This document shows positions 25,042 through 38,729 of a DNA stretch of 64,000 bases, one piece after another. The stretch is from the NCBI GenBank assembly GCA_964188305.1, contig OZ076889.1, one strand, 5' to 3'. The stretch's first letter is position 1. Each line of letters opens with the position of its first letter. Under the pieces are notes generated by a model that had not been told where the DNA came from, ran no database searches, and saw only the letters and a program-made list of their open reading frames with translations. Source of the DNA: Podarcis bocagei (Eukaryota). Both the position numbers and the translations under genes were made by a program.

Positions 25042-26007
25042 TTCTTGGGCTGCAATGATATCCTTTACCCTTTTTTTTAATTGTACAACAAAACACACAT
25101 ATCTCTAGTTATGACCCCCTAAAACAGGTAGCAGGTAATGGAGAGAGCAGATATCAGCAGTTGTTAACGTGGGTTGCGTGCTTAACCTGACCCGAAGCAA
25201 AGGACTTGAGAAATTGACTTTGAACTGCTCAGGATTCCATCTTAAATTGTTTTATAGCAGCTTTTTAAAAGACCTTTGAGAATAAGAAGCCAGGCCTCTC
25301 CCCCCACATTTCTGCAGAGCTTATTATTTTATCAGAAAGCTGGGGGTTTATTTTCAGCTCTTTGAAGCACACAAATATTCATCTCTGCCTTTTCCCTTTC
25401 AATCCTAATCACCTTGGAATGCTATTGCCCATTTGCTCACACCTCTTTTGCGTATTCCCATTACTTTGCAGGCATTTACATATCAGAAGGAGCCTAATCA
25501 AAACCTTCTTGATTTCCACATCAGACACCTAGTGCGGATATTTGAGTAATCAGCAAGGCATACATAAAATCAAAATGTATTTGTTTCCTTACATGAACTT
25601 ATCGTAACAATACAATCTTCTAAGAAGAAGAAACATGGTTTTGCATCTAAATTGACATGCACAAGCTGGGAATTATTGGAACTGCAGTTGTGGAAGCTGC
25701 ATATTCTAAGGCAGGGCACATAATCTATGTTGCCCCAATCTACATAAGGAGCAGACAGCTCATTAGGAATGAAAAACTTGGTAAAAACAAATGGGAGCAA
25801 CCTTCAAGGACTTTGGTTTAAAACATGGGGATTGGGGAAGTGACTAATATTGGGAGAAAAACAATAATAGCCTTTTCTGTGGAGATCCGCTTTGGCTCAA
25901 TTCAAGGGACATCGAATTAATTTTGCCCTTGTTTGCACCTGCCATTTTCAGTTATAATATTAGGTTTGCTTTTGCTCAGGAGATGTATAGAAAACAGAGT
26001 TCTTTAA

Positions 26008-26157
26008 GGAAAGGGTCATAGATTCGTAAGTGCTTCTGCACTGTAAGCAGGACCCAAGTTCAAAGTTCAACATTTCCAGGCAAACCTGTCTGAAATCATG
26101 GAGAGCGTAGACAATACTTAGCTAGATGGACTGGGTGTAAGGAATCTTCCTGTGTTC
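26008..26157 (+). mobile_element. tRNA-derived squamate SINE (Squam2-like), degraded
   Basis: ggaaagggtcatag...cccaagttcaa...ctgtctgaaatcatggagagc...gtagacaatacttagctagatggac...cttcctgtgttc matches recalled consensus blocks. Confidence 0.65.
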
Positions 26158-26185
26158 TGGACAGAAATTCTCTTTGCATCTATAT

Positions 26186-26436
26186 CAGGGGTAGGCAACC
26201 TAAGGCCCGGGGGCCAGATGCAGCCTAATCTCCTTTTCAATCCAACCCACGGACGGACTGGGAATCAGCATGTTTTTACATGAGTAGAATGTGCCCTTTT
26301 ATTTAAAATGCATCTCTGGGTTATTTGTGGGGCATAGGAATTTGTTCATATTTTTTCCCCAAAATATAGTCCGGCCTGCCACATGGTCTGAGGGATGGTG
26401 GACTGGGCCATGGCTGAAAAAGGTTGCTGACCCCTG
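26186..26436. mobile_element. hAT-Charlie non-autonomous element, 251 bp
   Basis: TIRs caggggtaggcaacct / aggttgctgacccctg; perfect 8-bp TSD atctatat (26178-26185 / 26437-26444). Confidence 0.93.
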
Positions 26437-28653
26437 ATCTATATGATCCATATTTTCACAGCCAACAGTTCTAACCACCTTTTGGATGAAAAATTCCTTG
26501 TGCTGCCTGCCATGATCTCTACGATCAGAGTAAATGAGCATAATTCACTGAGAATTTTTCTATGCTATCTTTATTGAGCCACCAGCATTTTGCACAGCAG
26601 TTCCTTCATTGTTTAACAGATTTTTTTTTTTTAAAAAAAAATAAATCCAATACCTAGAGCAGATCGATTTGTTGCTTTGTATTCTTATAAACCAGGCTCT
26701 TTAGAATTACTTGTTGAATTTCAACATTATAAAAATGAGAAGCATTGTAAAAGCACAAAGCCAGTAAATGCTCTATGCATAAAGGAACTCTTAAAAAGTA
26801 GACTTGGTTTAATTTGAGGATCTGGTCATTTCCAATTATTCGGGGTTACTTCATTATGGAAATGCCATGTTTTCTAAATGCAGAGGGATTGCAAAGTTTC
26901 TCAACCAGAAAAACATGTTCTCTAACAAGAAGCAGGATAGTGACAAAGATTTTGCCCCTGCCAAATCAACTAAAAGAATATCTACCACCTCTAACAATAC
27001 AAAATGCCTGCTCAGCAGTTTGAGCTTCATGCCAGTACAGTTGAATCTCTATGACAACAAATCTATTTGGCATGGTCTTTTTAGTTTTTTCCATTGCTTG
27101 TTTGAACTTAGAAGAAACAACACAACCCAGGTGGTATACAATGTGGAATATCCTGTTTACATGTTTACAATTCGACACATCACAATTTGCCTCTTGATTT
27201 GGCACATATTTATTCGATGTTTGAGTAGATGTCACAAGAATGGCTACAATCCAAGAAGATCATTTTGGACTACCAAGATTCTTTGAGGCGTGTGCTGCTG
27301 AGAGCCTATGCATGTCCATTAAAAAGTAAAACCCACTGAATTAAATTACACTTAAGGCTTTGTCAAAAGAATGTCACATGTGTTCTTTCAATAAGTGAAG
27401 GCAGAGTGGGGTCATGCCCACAACTCCCATCTCAAATCATTGCATGCACTGAATACCCCTCCTCTGGTCAAGGGTATTTGCACATATAGCTGCATGCATG
27501 AAGGCCTCTTTCCTGCGGATGTTTACTTCATATGCACAAATGCCAGAGAGAAGGGTAGGAGTGATGAGGTGAGGTTACTTGGCTACAGCCCTGCTCCCCG
27601 TCGCATGGTATGAAAACATGTGCATCATTCTTTACTCTCAGCAGATGTTCATACAATTGAAGACTTTAACAGCCATTTCAATTAGGCTGGAAAAAATGTT
27701 TTAAAAAGCTGATTAGGAACTGGCAAGTCTATTACTTTGCCTTTTAGGATTTTGTAGCTCACCTGTGAATGTTTATTCCTCCTGAGGAAAGTTGAGTTTC
27801 AGAACTATAGTTTTGTTGTTTCTCATATATATATGCCTGATTCAGCAGCTTTTTACTGAAAATAATGGATGAGTGAAGTCCCCAAGGGTTTCAAATGCTT
27901 GCCTTGTACAGCTCAATATACTTGGTATAAGTGAGAGGCCATTATATGCTCAGCTCACACTGGGGAACTCCATGTATGTGATTACAAGTGGAGAGAGGAA
28001 GACACAGCCAAAAAGAGACTGTCTCCATCCAGATGTGGCCTGCACTGTGGGAAAGGTTGAGCCCCACAGCTGCAGTCCGCTGTAGCTGTGATATTTCACT
28101 TTCAAATTGTGCCTTTCTAAATGCAAGGCCTCCATTTCTGAAGCCAAATTCACCTTTGTGCACAAAAGGTCAGAATGAGACTTACAAGCTGTAACATCTC
28201 AGCCCCTGAGCACTTAACAAGTTGACCAAACTTTGACTGTTAACAATTCCATCTGATTCTGAAGTAGTTGATTCACATGGAGCTGAGACTGATATCCTTG
28301 TGGCCACTGTGACCTGCATTGTGAAGCTAATTGTACCTATTTTTAAATCTCATTTCAGTCACTGAAATTCAGCAGCATTCCTGCTGTTTGTGCACAGCTG
28401 AGATTCTACTTGTGTGACTGTCTAGCCTTTGCATATTATGTAACAGCAAACATGAGGAGCCACAGAAAATCTTGGATCTCTGGTAGGCGTCCCTGTAAAA
28501 TCTACACAGCTGCAAACTTGCGCTTGTTGCTTCTGTGGCCTTTCTCTTTATGCACAACATGTGAAAATCATAGTATGTGAAGGGCTGTTTACATTTATGT
28601 GGTTCTATAAAAGATACATAGGCTTTTAAAAATCAGGGAATATTTGAGAAGTC

Positions 28654-28754
28654 TAACATGAGTTTGACCAAACTGCGGGAGGCAGTGGAAGACAGCAGTG
28701 CCTGGCGTGCTCTGGTCCACGGGGTCATGAAGAGTTGGACACAACTAAACAACA
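28654..28754 (+). mobile_element. BovB LINE 3' end fragment
   Basis: catgagtttgaccaaactgcgggaggcagtggaagacag...ggggtcatgaagagttggacacaactaaacaac is the reverse complement of the other BovB copies. Confidence 0.9.
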
Positions 28755-29468
28755 AAATAGACGTTTAATAGAAAAAAATGCATGCTGTGAAACTTTCCTT
28801 TCTTCCTCTTCCTCAAAACTCAAGCTGGCAGTTTCCATGCTCAGGGCTCTGAAAAGTCCTGGGCAGCTGTTGCTGGAACCAGTTGATCACCACCAGAGAG
28901 CTGGAATTGGTATTTAAACCAGTACTACTATATCCTCCTCCTCCAATATGAAGGTTGACCAATGCCATTTTCCTTCCTTTTTCCATGCAGAGGTTCCCAA
29001 AGGTATGGCAGGCATAATATCTATGCTGTTCATACCTGTGATTTGTGAATCACACCAGAGCTAAGCAGATTTATTTACTTTTGCTTGGCTTGGAGAGTTG
29101 GAGCTGCCTCCATGTGCTACTCTGGCTAAGGGCTGAATTAGTTCTCCAGGGGTAGGAAGGAATGAAGAATTGCTTCTGAGACATGACTTGTTTTAGACAC
29201 GGAAGAAGTAAATACAGATATAATATAGATATTCACTTGATAATCAGAGTATGCTGTGTAATCTTTGGCAACAGGCTTGCACACTGCACAGACTACAGTA
29301 TTTGAGGCAACACTCCGACTGTAGCTCCTGCTGATTTACATTTCTAGCATCTCCAAAATGTTGCTGTGCTGCCGCTCTCCACTCCAGGATTGCTTCAGCC
29401 TGCCTACATGCCGTCCCTCATCACAAAGAAGTTATAGGGAGTAAAGAGCAAAGCAAAATAGATTTAGA

Positions 29469-29598
29469 CAGGGCTTTTTTCAGCTGGAACTGAACTCAGT
29501 TCCAGCACCTCTTAGGTGAGTGCCATTGCCCTGATAAGAGAACAAGGGAGGTATTCATGGTGAGTTCCAGCACCTCTTTTTATAGCAAAATAGCACTG
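29469..29598. mobile_element. hAT (Tip100-like) MITE, 130 bp
   Basis: Ends cagggctttttt / aaaatagcactg; internal agttccagcacctctt repeated twice; perfect 8-bp TSD gatttaga. Confidence 0.88.
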
Positions 29599-30870
29599 GA
29601 TTTAGATATGTGCTCATACACACTTTCCAGAGAAACAGGGTGTTCTTCAGATCAGATTCTAGAATTCCACCAAACCAGGGTTTGCCAATTTTAGGGGGCC
29701 TGCAAGCCTATTTGCAAACTAGAGATACTATCACCAGCACTTCTCCCTTCCTCAGTTGTCACCTTCATCCCAAAATAGGCTTTTTTCAAGCCTAATTTCA
29801 GCAGAGGAGGCAGGGCCATGAAAGCACCAGCGAAGGCCTCTCTGGATACATGAGTGGATACCATGTTGGCATCCCATTCCTCAAATTGTCCCCTGAGATG
29901 TACAAGATACTCTGACAGGCAGAGTAAAATAAAAATCAGAAGTGTGCATCTTTGAACCTGATTTTCATTTGCCACTGACATTGCTTACACAAACATAAAT
30001 CACTTTTTAAATAAGTTTGTTTTAGTTCAGTTGGGGCCCTCCCCAAGGATTGAATCACTAAGCAGCTCTTCCACTGAGAATGACTGTTCTTCTAAGGATG
30101 CTTTGTAATATTCTCTGTCAATGTGAAAAGGGGCTTTAATATCCAAATAAAAATTAACCACACAAAAAGGCTCTTCCATCTGTACTGCAACGGTGTTGTA
30201 AGAAGCTCTTTACTGTAAATAAAACTTGAGTCCTTGGCTAATGCAATAGTTACTGGGCATCATGGAAAAACTCAGAAAAAGTTTTCCACTTAAATATCAT
30301 TTTGCTGATAGCATCATCTGGATACTCCACTACCTAGATGCATATATATAGATATAGACTGCATAGGATATTTTCTCTAAAATATACTCTTTGTTGCTTA
30401 GGAATCTCTCTCTTCCTGCTGTGTCTCCCTCACTTGAAGGTCACAATGCACAGTTTGTGAAATCACAATTATCTCCCTTTCTCAAGTAGTCATGATGTCA
30501 CAAATGGAGGATTAGGACAGCTTCAAGGAAACGAGAAGCAGCAGGAGCTGATGAACTCAGAAGCAACCAAGAGCTGCAGAGATAGATCCAAGAAAAAGAA
30601 AACAGATATGTAAAATTACATCCAAATAGGCTATTTTATCAGGGCTTCTGTCAGGAATGCCGACTTGATTTGGCCAGATAATTAACTGCATACTTTCAAC
30701 ATGATCCCAGCTCCTTGTACAGCTTTCATTTAATATTACAGAAGAGTCTAGTCTCTGGTGTTAAGGACTGATTAGACATGTAAAGTGAGATGTTATACTC
30801 CACAAGCCCTACTGAAATTAACAAGAATGCTGCTGGGGAAGCTATATATACAAACCCAAATGATCTAGCC

Positions 30871-30997
30871 CAGCACTAGGCAATGTTCTTGATGTTCTTG
30901 GACTCAACTCATCAGCTTCAGCTAGCTCAGTAAGTGGTCAGAGATGGTGGGAGTTGTAGTCCACAAAGTCTGGAGGACACCACATTGGCTACGCCTG
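30871..30997. mobile_element. Diverged palindromic hAT MITE
   Basis: gatgttcttggact...gatggtgggagttgtagtcca...ctggaggacaccacattggctacgcctg. Confidence 0.7.
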
Positions 30998-31119
30998 ATC
31001 TTGCTAGCTATAGGCCTAATCAAATGACCTAAGAGGTTACAGGGGGAAGTATGAAAAAATAGCGTGCAATTTAATAAACAAGCTCTGCATGCTAAACCAG
31101 AATATCAACATTCAATGAA

Positions 31120-31265
31120 TTTTGGACAAAGATGACTTGGCCACAGTATTCTGTGCTCTGGTAACTTCTAGACTGGATTATTTCAATGCACTTTATGTGG
31201 GGCTGCTCGTGAATACAACTGGTCCAGAACACAGCAGCCAAATTGCTGGCTGTGGTTCCCTTTTG
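31120..31265 (+). mobile_element. L2 LINE ORF2 fragment
   Basis: Translates DLATVFCALVTSRLDYFNALYVGL, the L2 post-RT motif (HALVTSRLDYCN.LY.GL). Confidence 0.85.
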
Positions 31266-31553
31266 AATTCATATAACCTACCTGTCAGTCATCTGATAAT
31301 AAAATGATGCCAGGTGACTGACACCAGCAAAGTTCAAAGGAGGTCACTATAGAACAAATATATTCAAAGAGATGCTCCCAGTGTACCTCAAAGAGGCTCC
31401 CTTTAACCTGCAATCAGCTAATTGCTGGCTAGATTGAATCTCCTAAATGCTCTGCAGAGGGGAAAGTGCTCCTCAAACTGCAGCATGTTTCCCTCTGTGA
31501 AGAAAGCTGTTTTTATTCAAAGGACTGCGGGAGCATTTTTTTCTTTTCCAAAG

Positions 31554-31835
31554 CATGAGCAAAACCCTGCTGGATCTGGCCAAAGGTTGATCTAGTGCAA
31601 CATCCTGTTCTTAAAGTGGCCAACCAGAGGCCTGTGGGAAGTCCACAAGCAGGACAGGAGTGTCACTGTGATTCCTAACAACTGGTGCTCAGAAGTATGA
31701 TGCCTCCAACACTAGAAGCAGAACCCAGTCATCATTGCTGATAAAGATCAACAGCCTTATCCTCTACAAATTTGTCTCATTTTCATTTAAAGGCACCAAA
31801 GTTGGTGACCATCAGTACATCTTGTGAAAATGAGC
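31554..31835 (-). mobile_element. CR1 LINE 3' end remnant
   Basis: cctgctggatc...ccaaagg...tctagt...catcctgttc...gtggccaaccaga...gccttatcctc...tttgtct...tttaaag; reverse-similar to 60428-60678. Confidence 0.8.
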
Positions 31836-34800
31836 TGTTGTGCTGTGTGCTGTGTGTTTCTTTTGTCTAATGCCATTTCAGATATATGGTATATTTCAGT
31901 TGGTAATCTAATGGACACCAGCAGACTTCTTCCCTTTTCCAGAAGCACAAAATGAATCTGCTCAGATTTCCGATCAGTACTGTTGCCTGACATCATTACC
32001 TGTACAATATGGCAACAATTCAGTGTGCACTAGGCTATAGCAATCACATCCTCACCCAAGTGCTATATTTCTAAAACTGTATCACATCAGCCACAGCTTA
32101 AACTTCCTGGCTACAGACAGCAGCAGCAGCCAAGAGGAAAATGAAACAAGGAATAAAAGGGATAACAGCTGCATTGCCACAGGCACCTGGCCCTAGAAAT
32201 ATGCTGGGAGAGTGACAGACACACCCACCAGCCTAAGTCATTAGACACAACATATGGCAGGCTGTTGTTTGTGTTGTCGTGCTGCGACTGGATAGTTTTC
32301 ACCATAGGTATAACTAAATTAAGACAGAGAGTCACTTTGTTGATGTGTCCCAGCCATCATGCAACACAGAACTGGCTACATGGAGCTTGAAAAGGCCACG
32401 AAGCCTTCTTGATGAGAAATATTAAAAACATCCCCAGACCTTCTTCCTTCCCTATCATGTTTTCTGCCTGCCACTCAATAGATTCATCATATTAGTTCTT
32501 CATGCATAGAAAATATATACCTAGATACAGTAGATAGAGACAGTAAGATATATGAATAGGTGGCATAATGGGATTATATAACACCAACATGTACATCTCA
32601 ACGGAAAAGTTGCCATAATGGGAATATGATCATCATGATCACCATCAATACAAGCCAAGAATGAAGTTGCAGACTTGGGTGTAAGTAAGGAAAGGGGCAA
32701 AGAGCACTTAGACCTGGTGCTAATTTCTAGCTTCATAAACCCCAGTTTATGAAACTGTGAAATAAACCATAGTTTATGAGACTGAGAAAGATTGACTGAA
32801 CCTGGGCAGGGAATTCAAACAAATAGGGGATTCCGATAAAGAATGTTCAAATAAGCTCACTTTTAAAGGAAAAGATACTGGAAAGTTAATAAGGTAGAAT
32901 TTGCTGTGGAGCAGCAGAGGGGAACCCTCTGGTTTCCAACCTCTTAATTTGTAAAAAAATTGGGAAACAATGTGGAGAGTTGCCCTGAGCAGTGGAGGGC
33001 AAATGGGTCACTGCCCCACCAACCTCAGTCTGCCCTCAATCCCCAACTGTCTACCTCCTTACATACAACCAGCCAGGGGGTGGCTTTGCCTGTCATTGGC
33101 TCTGGCTGTACCCACCATTGGTTTACCAGTCCCAATGGGCACCAGGCATCACTGGCCTTGACATCTACCATAAACTAAAATAGCAATAGGTGAAACCTAT
33201 GATTCTATAGCCTCTCCATTATTTGTCTTTTCTAGCATTCATTCCAGTCTTCGCATCGCCAGAACAAATTATCCTGTAATATAAGGACGAGAACCCAGAA
33301 CATTACCGTCGTAATGACTCGTCATTCAGTTGCCTAAGAAATGATGCCAGAGTTGGTGTCATGACTGCAAAGTTAACCTCTGCCACCTATGTATTTAGAT
33401 GACTGAATGCCTTCCTTAATGAGGTAGTATGATTTATGTAGGGCTCATTTGTGTTCATAATAAATTTATTAAGTGATTGTCTCCTCCCTTCCCTCTCTAA
33501 AGCTGCAGCTTGAATTACAGTAATTGGTGTTTAATCCTGCACTGACAAGGCATCAGATGAGTTCAAGCAATGTTAGATGCTCTTTCTCATCCTATTAAAC
33601 AAAGCAGGGTTGTCAGCAATGAGGAAAAGTAGAGATTAGGAAGGTGCTGCTGAAGGCAGAGGTGATATCTCCAAACGAAAAGACAAAACCAACACGACAA
33701 TATTAAATAGTGCTAATGCAATTCAGTGTGCTGCATTGGTGCATTTGGGGCCATAAAGTATTGCCATTATGCCATATGCCCCTGGAACATGTAAAAAATA
33801 TATATAATGCAAATAGAAGATATTGAGGGGGAATGGTGACACCTCTAAGTACAGTTTATGCAACTTTGAAATTGCATGGTTACAATTAGCATGTCTAGTT
33901 TTTAAAGAGCAGCCATGAAGATGTCTGATCAGTATCAGCATAGGAGAAGCAGTGCTCCCAATGAAAATAGTTTATTTATCCAAGACTGCAGTTCACCTTG
34001 GGACTGAGTCTGATTCTCCTTTGGCAGGTGTTTGCATGCCACTTTGAGCTCCTTTGAGAAAAGGTGGGGAATAAACATATTTTAATGGTGTTTGTTGTGG
34101 GGAACGATGCAAACAGAATGTGTTTTCTGTTACCTACAATATAGTTGTAAAATTATTTGTTCACTCTGCATTTGGACACCTCTTAAGATATTGTAACCAG
34201 ATTTTGCAAGATGGTTCCCAAGAATAGGTTTACATCTGTGTTCTGATACAATTGGCCATCATTCTGAATCAAGATGGTGGACTGAACCTTTCAAAACTGC
34301 ACTCATTTTAACCACTGATTTCAAAACTCTGTGGATTTTGGGATTAAGTTCCCGAGTAATACTAGGCTCCTAGTTTTCTGGCAAGCCAGAAACCATGGTT
34401 AAATCACATAAAACATCCATAACTGATGTTAAGATGTCAGCACCCATTTGTTGCATTTCTGTGAGCTGACTTTTATATCTCACAAGCCATGTTGCCATGC
34501 TTCTGGGCTATACAGCCTGATCACAATAGCTAGCAGAAACTCGGTATTTCCTTTCTAAGTTGCTTGGAGACAAAGCAATATAAGCAACATGTGTCAGTGC
34601 CAAGAGCCTTAACAAAGGGCTTTGTTCAAAGAAGCTTTATTCCTAACAAGCCTCTTCAAAATCAATAAACACCTTTATACCTGCTTCTTCTTCTTTTTTT
34701 GTCATCTAGGTACAGCATACAAATACCACCCAGAGTGACGGAGGGCTGTGGTGCTTTTATCTAGGTTTCCTACAGACTCATCCTTACTTGCATTTTGCAA

Positions 34801-35157
34801 ACATGTGAAGGACTACCAGCAGGTGTTATTTTAACCACTGGCTGTTTTATAAATGCTAAGATGATGCGCATGATTCAATAGGAACTGGTGCCTGGAAAGC
34901 ATAGCCCTCCACATGCTCATCACTGATATATCCGCCTTTCTTCCATGTCACAATAATAAGGCAGAACAAATAGTTCATCCTCATAAAATAGCTTCTATAT
35001 AAATTAAAGGCTAATTGACACCAAACATGTTGCATGCAGAGCCAGGGAGGGAGAACCCTAGGAAATGGGGCAAAACATTTTGGATTGCCACCCACACAGA
35101 CCAATGCAGCACTTTATGCTTCTGTTTTGGGTTGGGGAATAAATAATTCTCCATGAT

Positions 35158-35520
35158 TAGGGATGGGTGAATTTATCAATATTGGTTTCTCCCGGTTTCT
35201 CATTTTTCCAGGCTTAAATTCAGTTCTCTACATTAGCACAACAGTTTGATAAAAATAAAATTAAAAATCCTCCTGAAAAGCCATCTGCATTCTAATGCAG
35301 ACTTCTAATATATACATTTTTATCCAACTTTGCTTAGTATACATTTATTTTTGTAAAACTATTTCCCTTAATGCAATGTGCCAAGAAATGCATTTTAAAA
35401 CACATTTTACTCTCCCGTATGCATTTTTGTACACATTACCTAGCTGGAGAACTGCACTGCAAAAGTCAGAGTTGTTGTGCTCCATTTTCCATGTGGTTCA
35501 GGAAATGTGAACTGAATTGA
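35158..35520. mobile_element. Old DNA transposon remnant with TAGGGATG terminus (hAT-Ac-like)
   Basis: tagggatgggtgaatttatcaat start; a related terminus in reverse orientation ends at 60993 (attgaccgatttgtccattccta). Confidence 0.5.
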
Positions 35521-38117
35521 AGAATGTCTACCACCTGAAAACCAGGCTTTTCTTTAAGGTAAGGGCATACCCTCCTATTGCTATGTAGTGCTGGCCAAAT
35601 TTGGCTCCTATTGGCCTTTTAGTTAGTGTAGAACCTAAAATCAATCTGTAGATTTGCTAATATAAAAATTATCTAATTTATTTTCTCTGACTCTTAAAAA
35701 ACAGATGCGTTTCTTTCTCCTATTTCTGGAGGAACTGCTACAGCGGTGCTATGGTTTTAATGTTGATGTTCTTATGGTATCTTTACTATACTGTTTGTAC
35801 ACTGCCTTAAGAACATGGTGGAATGCCAATAAAAAATGTAAATAATAATAACAATTCAAAATGTAGTAAGTCTATCCTCTGCTGTGTTTGATCACTCTGT
35901 TGAATGGGGAAATGGACCTCTGCCCTCAAACATCCTGGCCTGAGAGCACTTCTGTACAAACCCGGGATGTCTGCCCACCTTTGTTCCCTATATTAAGGCC
36001 CGGAAGGGCCTTTATTTCTCTTCCTTTCTCCTTTAGAAACCTAAGTTGCTGTAATGAGAATCAAAGGACTAGCATCAACGCAACACAACCTTTTAAAGAG
36101 CGGCCAACCAGGGATGTAAACACAAACATGATCATCATCTTTTTAGAGGTGGAAAATATTATTTGGTGGGGGGGGGGGCAGGGGAAGTAAACCAGAATGT
36201 GACATCTCAAGAATGATGCAATGTTGCCATTGGGCTTATTTTACCAGGGTATATTACTTATTTAAAACCTTCTGCTCTGGAAAGAGTTCTTAATTGCTGG
36301 CTTTAGCCCTGAGTTCTGCAAACCAACATGTCTCATTTTGAAGCCAGAAATGCCTCTGCACCCCTTTTTTTTTTTTTTTTTTTTGCCCTTGCTTTTGAGA
36401 CACAATCCTGAACATGAGCCTTTACAGGTGTAAATATATCAAGAATGTATTTTTGCTGCCTCTTGTTCCAATACAACCATCTGGCCGTGACGTATCTCTG
36501 AGCAAAGGCGTAATTCCCACTCAAGAAAGTTGGAACAGCTCTTTGCCTAAAGCTATTTTCACTTATGAAAATGACACATCAACACTAATCCAACTTCTGA
36601 AATCAAAATAGTACTTTTGCAATCCAGAAATACTTAAGTCTTAAATGGCCTTGTTGACCTCAGAAAGAGATGGAAATAATTCTGTAGATCTACTCTGGGA
36701 TAAACAGTCTGAGGATGGAAGAGCCTTACGAACAGTTAGGCAGAACGATGTGTGCTTGAACTATATAAAGGAGGCTTTCTTCCTTCCATTCTTCCCCCCC
36801 CCACACCGTGGGAGATATTTTTACTGAACAAGATCAAATGCGAACATAGCTGAAGTTTCTATGAATAGATCAGGAGGATGCTGGAAAAGCCATCCCACAT
36901 GATAACCAGGCCATTGCTGTGTCTTCATTACAAAGGGAAAGCCTAAAATACTTTGCTCTCTGATCAGTTTTGGATCTAGATTGTGACTGAGAGTTGAAAT
37001 AATGATGCTGACATCAGTAGCTGGGTTGAACTACAGGCCACTTTATTAAACATAACTATCAAAACCGGCAGAGGGAAACCATTGGTACGGAAATTGCTAC
37101 CCAATATCAGGCAGATGCCTTCAAATGTAAAAGCAGTCAGACTCTGCTTGGGGGCAAGGAGAGGCCATTTTACCTGTCCCCAACCCTAGCCACATCCTGA
37201 ACATGTCTAGGAAGGCCTTCCTGTGTCACCATCCTTCTGAACAGATGAGTCAAGTTGGCCCCCAAAGAAGAACAATGGAAAAGTCTTTAGACCAGCTCAT
37301 AACTGTAAACTGACTATTTCTCCCCTTCCTCTTATAAATGTATGTTTCCTGCCAAAAATCTCCAAAAGAGTTTCCCCCCACCCATCCAGAAACATTCAGA
37401 ATTTGGGTGGGCCAAACATTCAGCCCAGCCCAAAAAAAGAAATCAGTTTTCTATGATGATAGGTATAATTGTGTCAGGTTTATCTTCAGCTGGTGTTTTA
37501 CTGATGCATGTGTTTCTTACTATATTTATATCCCAGCTTTCTCCCATCAAGGAGGCATAGCTGCTTAGCTTCAGCCTTAGGTTATCTCAGATCATGGCCT
37601 GAAGTATTTGATCTTGTGCACTGCTAAACAGTCACACATAAAAGCTTTGTCGATATAATTGCATGTGCAATCACATCAAGATGGTTGTCCTTTGCTGTGG
37701 TTTATCAATGCCCATGGGGCAGGGGAAGGAAAGACCCAAATAAAATCTGCAGCAAACTGTGCAAGCACAGAACTCTGTATAATACTTGGAAATAAAAAAT
37801 GGTGGGGATTCCTATTCTTTCCACTTCAGAAACAAGACTAGGCAATTCAGAACTCCCCCAAAATTAGGGTCAAAAATTCAGACGACTCGGATTTCAGAAG
37901 CACTTCTAGTTTTCACATGGAAGAGTTCCACTTAACATATCAAAAGCTTCATACTGCACAATTTTATGGAGGCTCACAGTTAACAACTTAAAGCTCACAG
38001 CTTCAAATTCTAGCTAGCTAGTCAACCTGAACATTTCCCTCAAATAACCCAGGCTCACAACCTTTATTCTTGAAAAACAAAAGGGCTTTTGATTCAGCCC
38101 TTAGCCATTGCCTTGAT

Positions 38118-38423
38118 GACATGGGGGATCCTTTTTCAATCTGAGCACCACATTCCCTTCTGGCCAACCTTGCCATGGTCATATGTCAGTGATAGGTGGG
38201 GCCAGCTAGAACAATGAATGTAAATTTCACCTTTTTACAATAGGCTGGTTTGTATACACACTCACACGTCCCACTCTAACCTCTAACCAGACAAACAAGA
38301 GGCGTTATCAGAGTTCAATGACACGTTCCACCAAGCAGAAACACTTTGGGAGGGAGGCAAAGCAGGGCCAGTGAGGGGTGTAGCCTGAGAAAAGTTTGAA
38401 GGGTCTGATGCTCCTCACCCCTG
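38118..38423. mobile_element. Non-autonomous hAT element, relative of 14944-15302
   Basis: Shared blocks cattccct, atgtca, tacac(a/t)c(t/a)c, aagag...cagagtt; ends tcacccctg. Confidence 0.6.
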
Positions 38424-38729
38424 GCCTAAATCTTCGTCTGGCTAAAATGACCAGAACATTTTATGGATTACTACATGTGGAAGTAAACAGGGATTTGTGC
38501 AGAATCTCATCATGGCAGCTCCTATAGCCACACACCCCAAGGAGAGTCCCAAAATGCAGGAAGCTGTGTTGATCTATTATATATCATTAGGGGAGAGTCA
38601 CTGAAAAGAATCTGGCCTAATACTCTACTTCCCTTTTATCACAAACTCAAAAGCCTCATTAGCTTCCCGTTCACTTACCAGAGCAAGCAGAGCCAGTCAA
38701 TTATCTTGCCATGCAAGACTCTGCATTCT

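Noticed and set aside
26867-27286. 139-aa ORF
   Set aside because: No recognisable domain or convincing splice context; a length expected by chance.
33420-33441. TGAGGTAGTA, identical to the first 10 nt of let-7
   Set aside because: The remainder (tgatttatgtag) departs from let-7/miR-98 family sequences, and I see no complementary ctatac/ctgtac star arm downstream.
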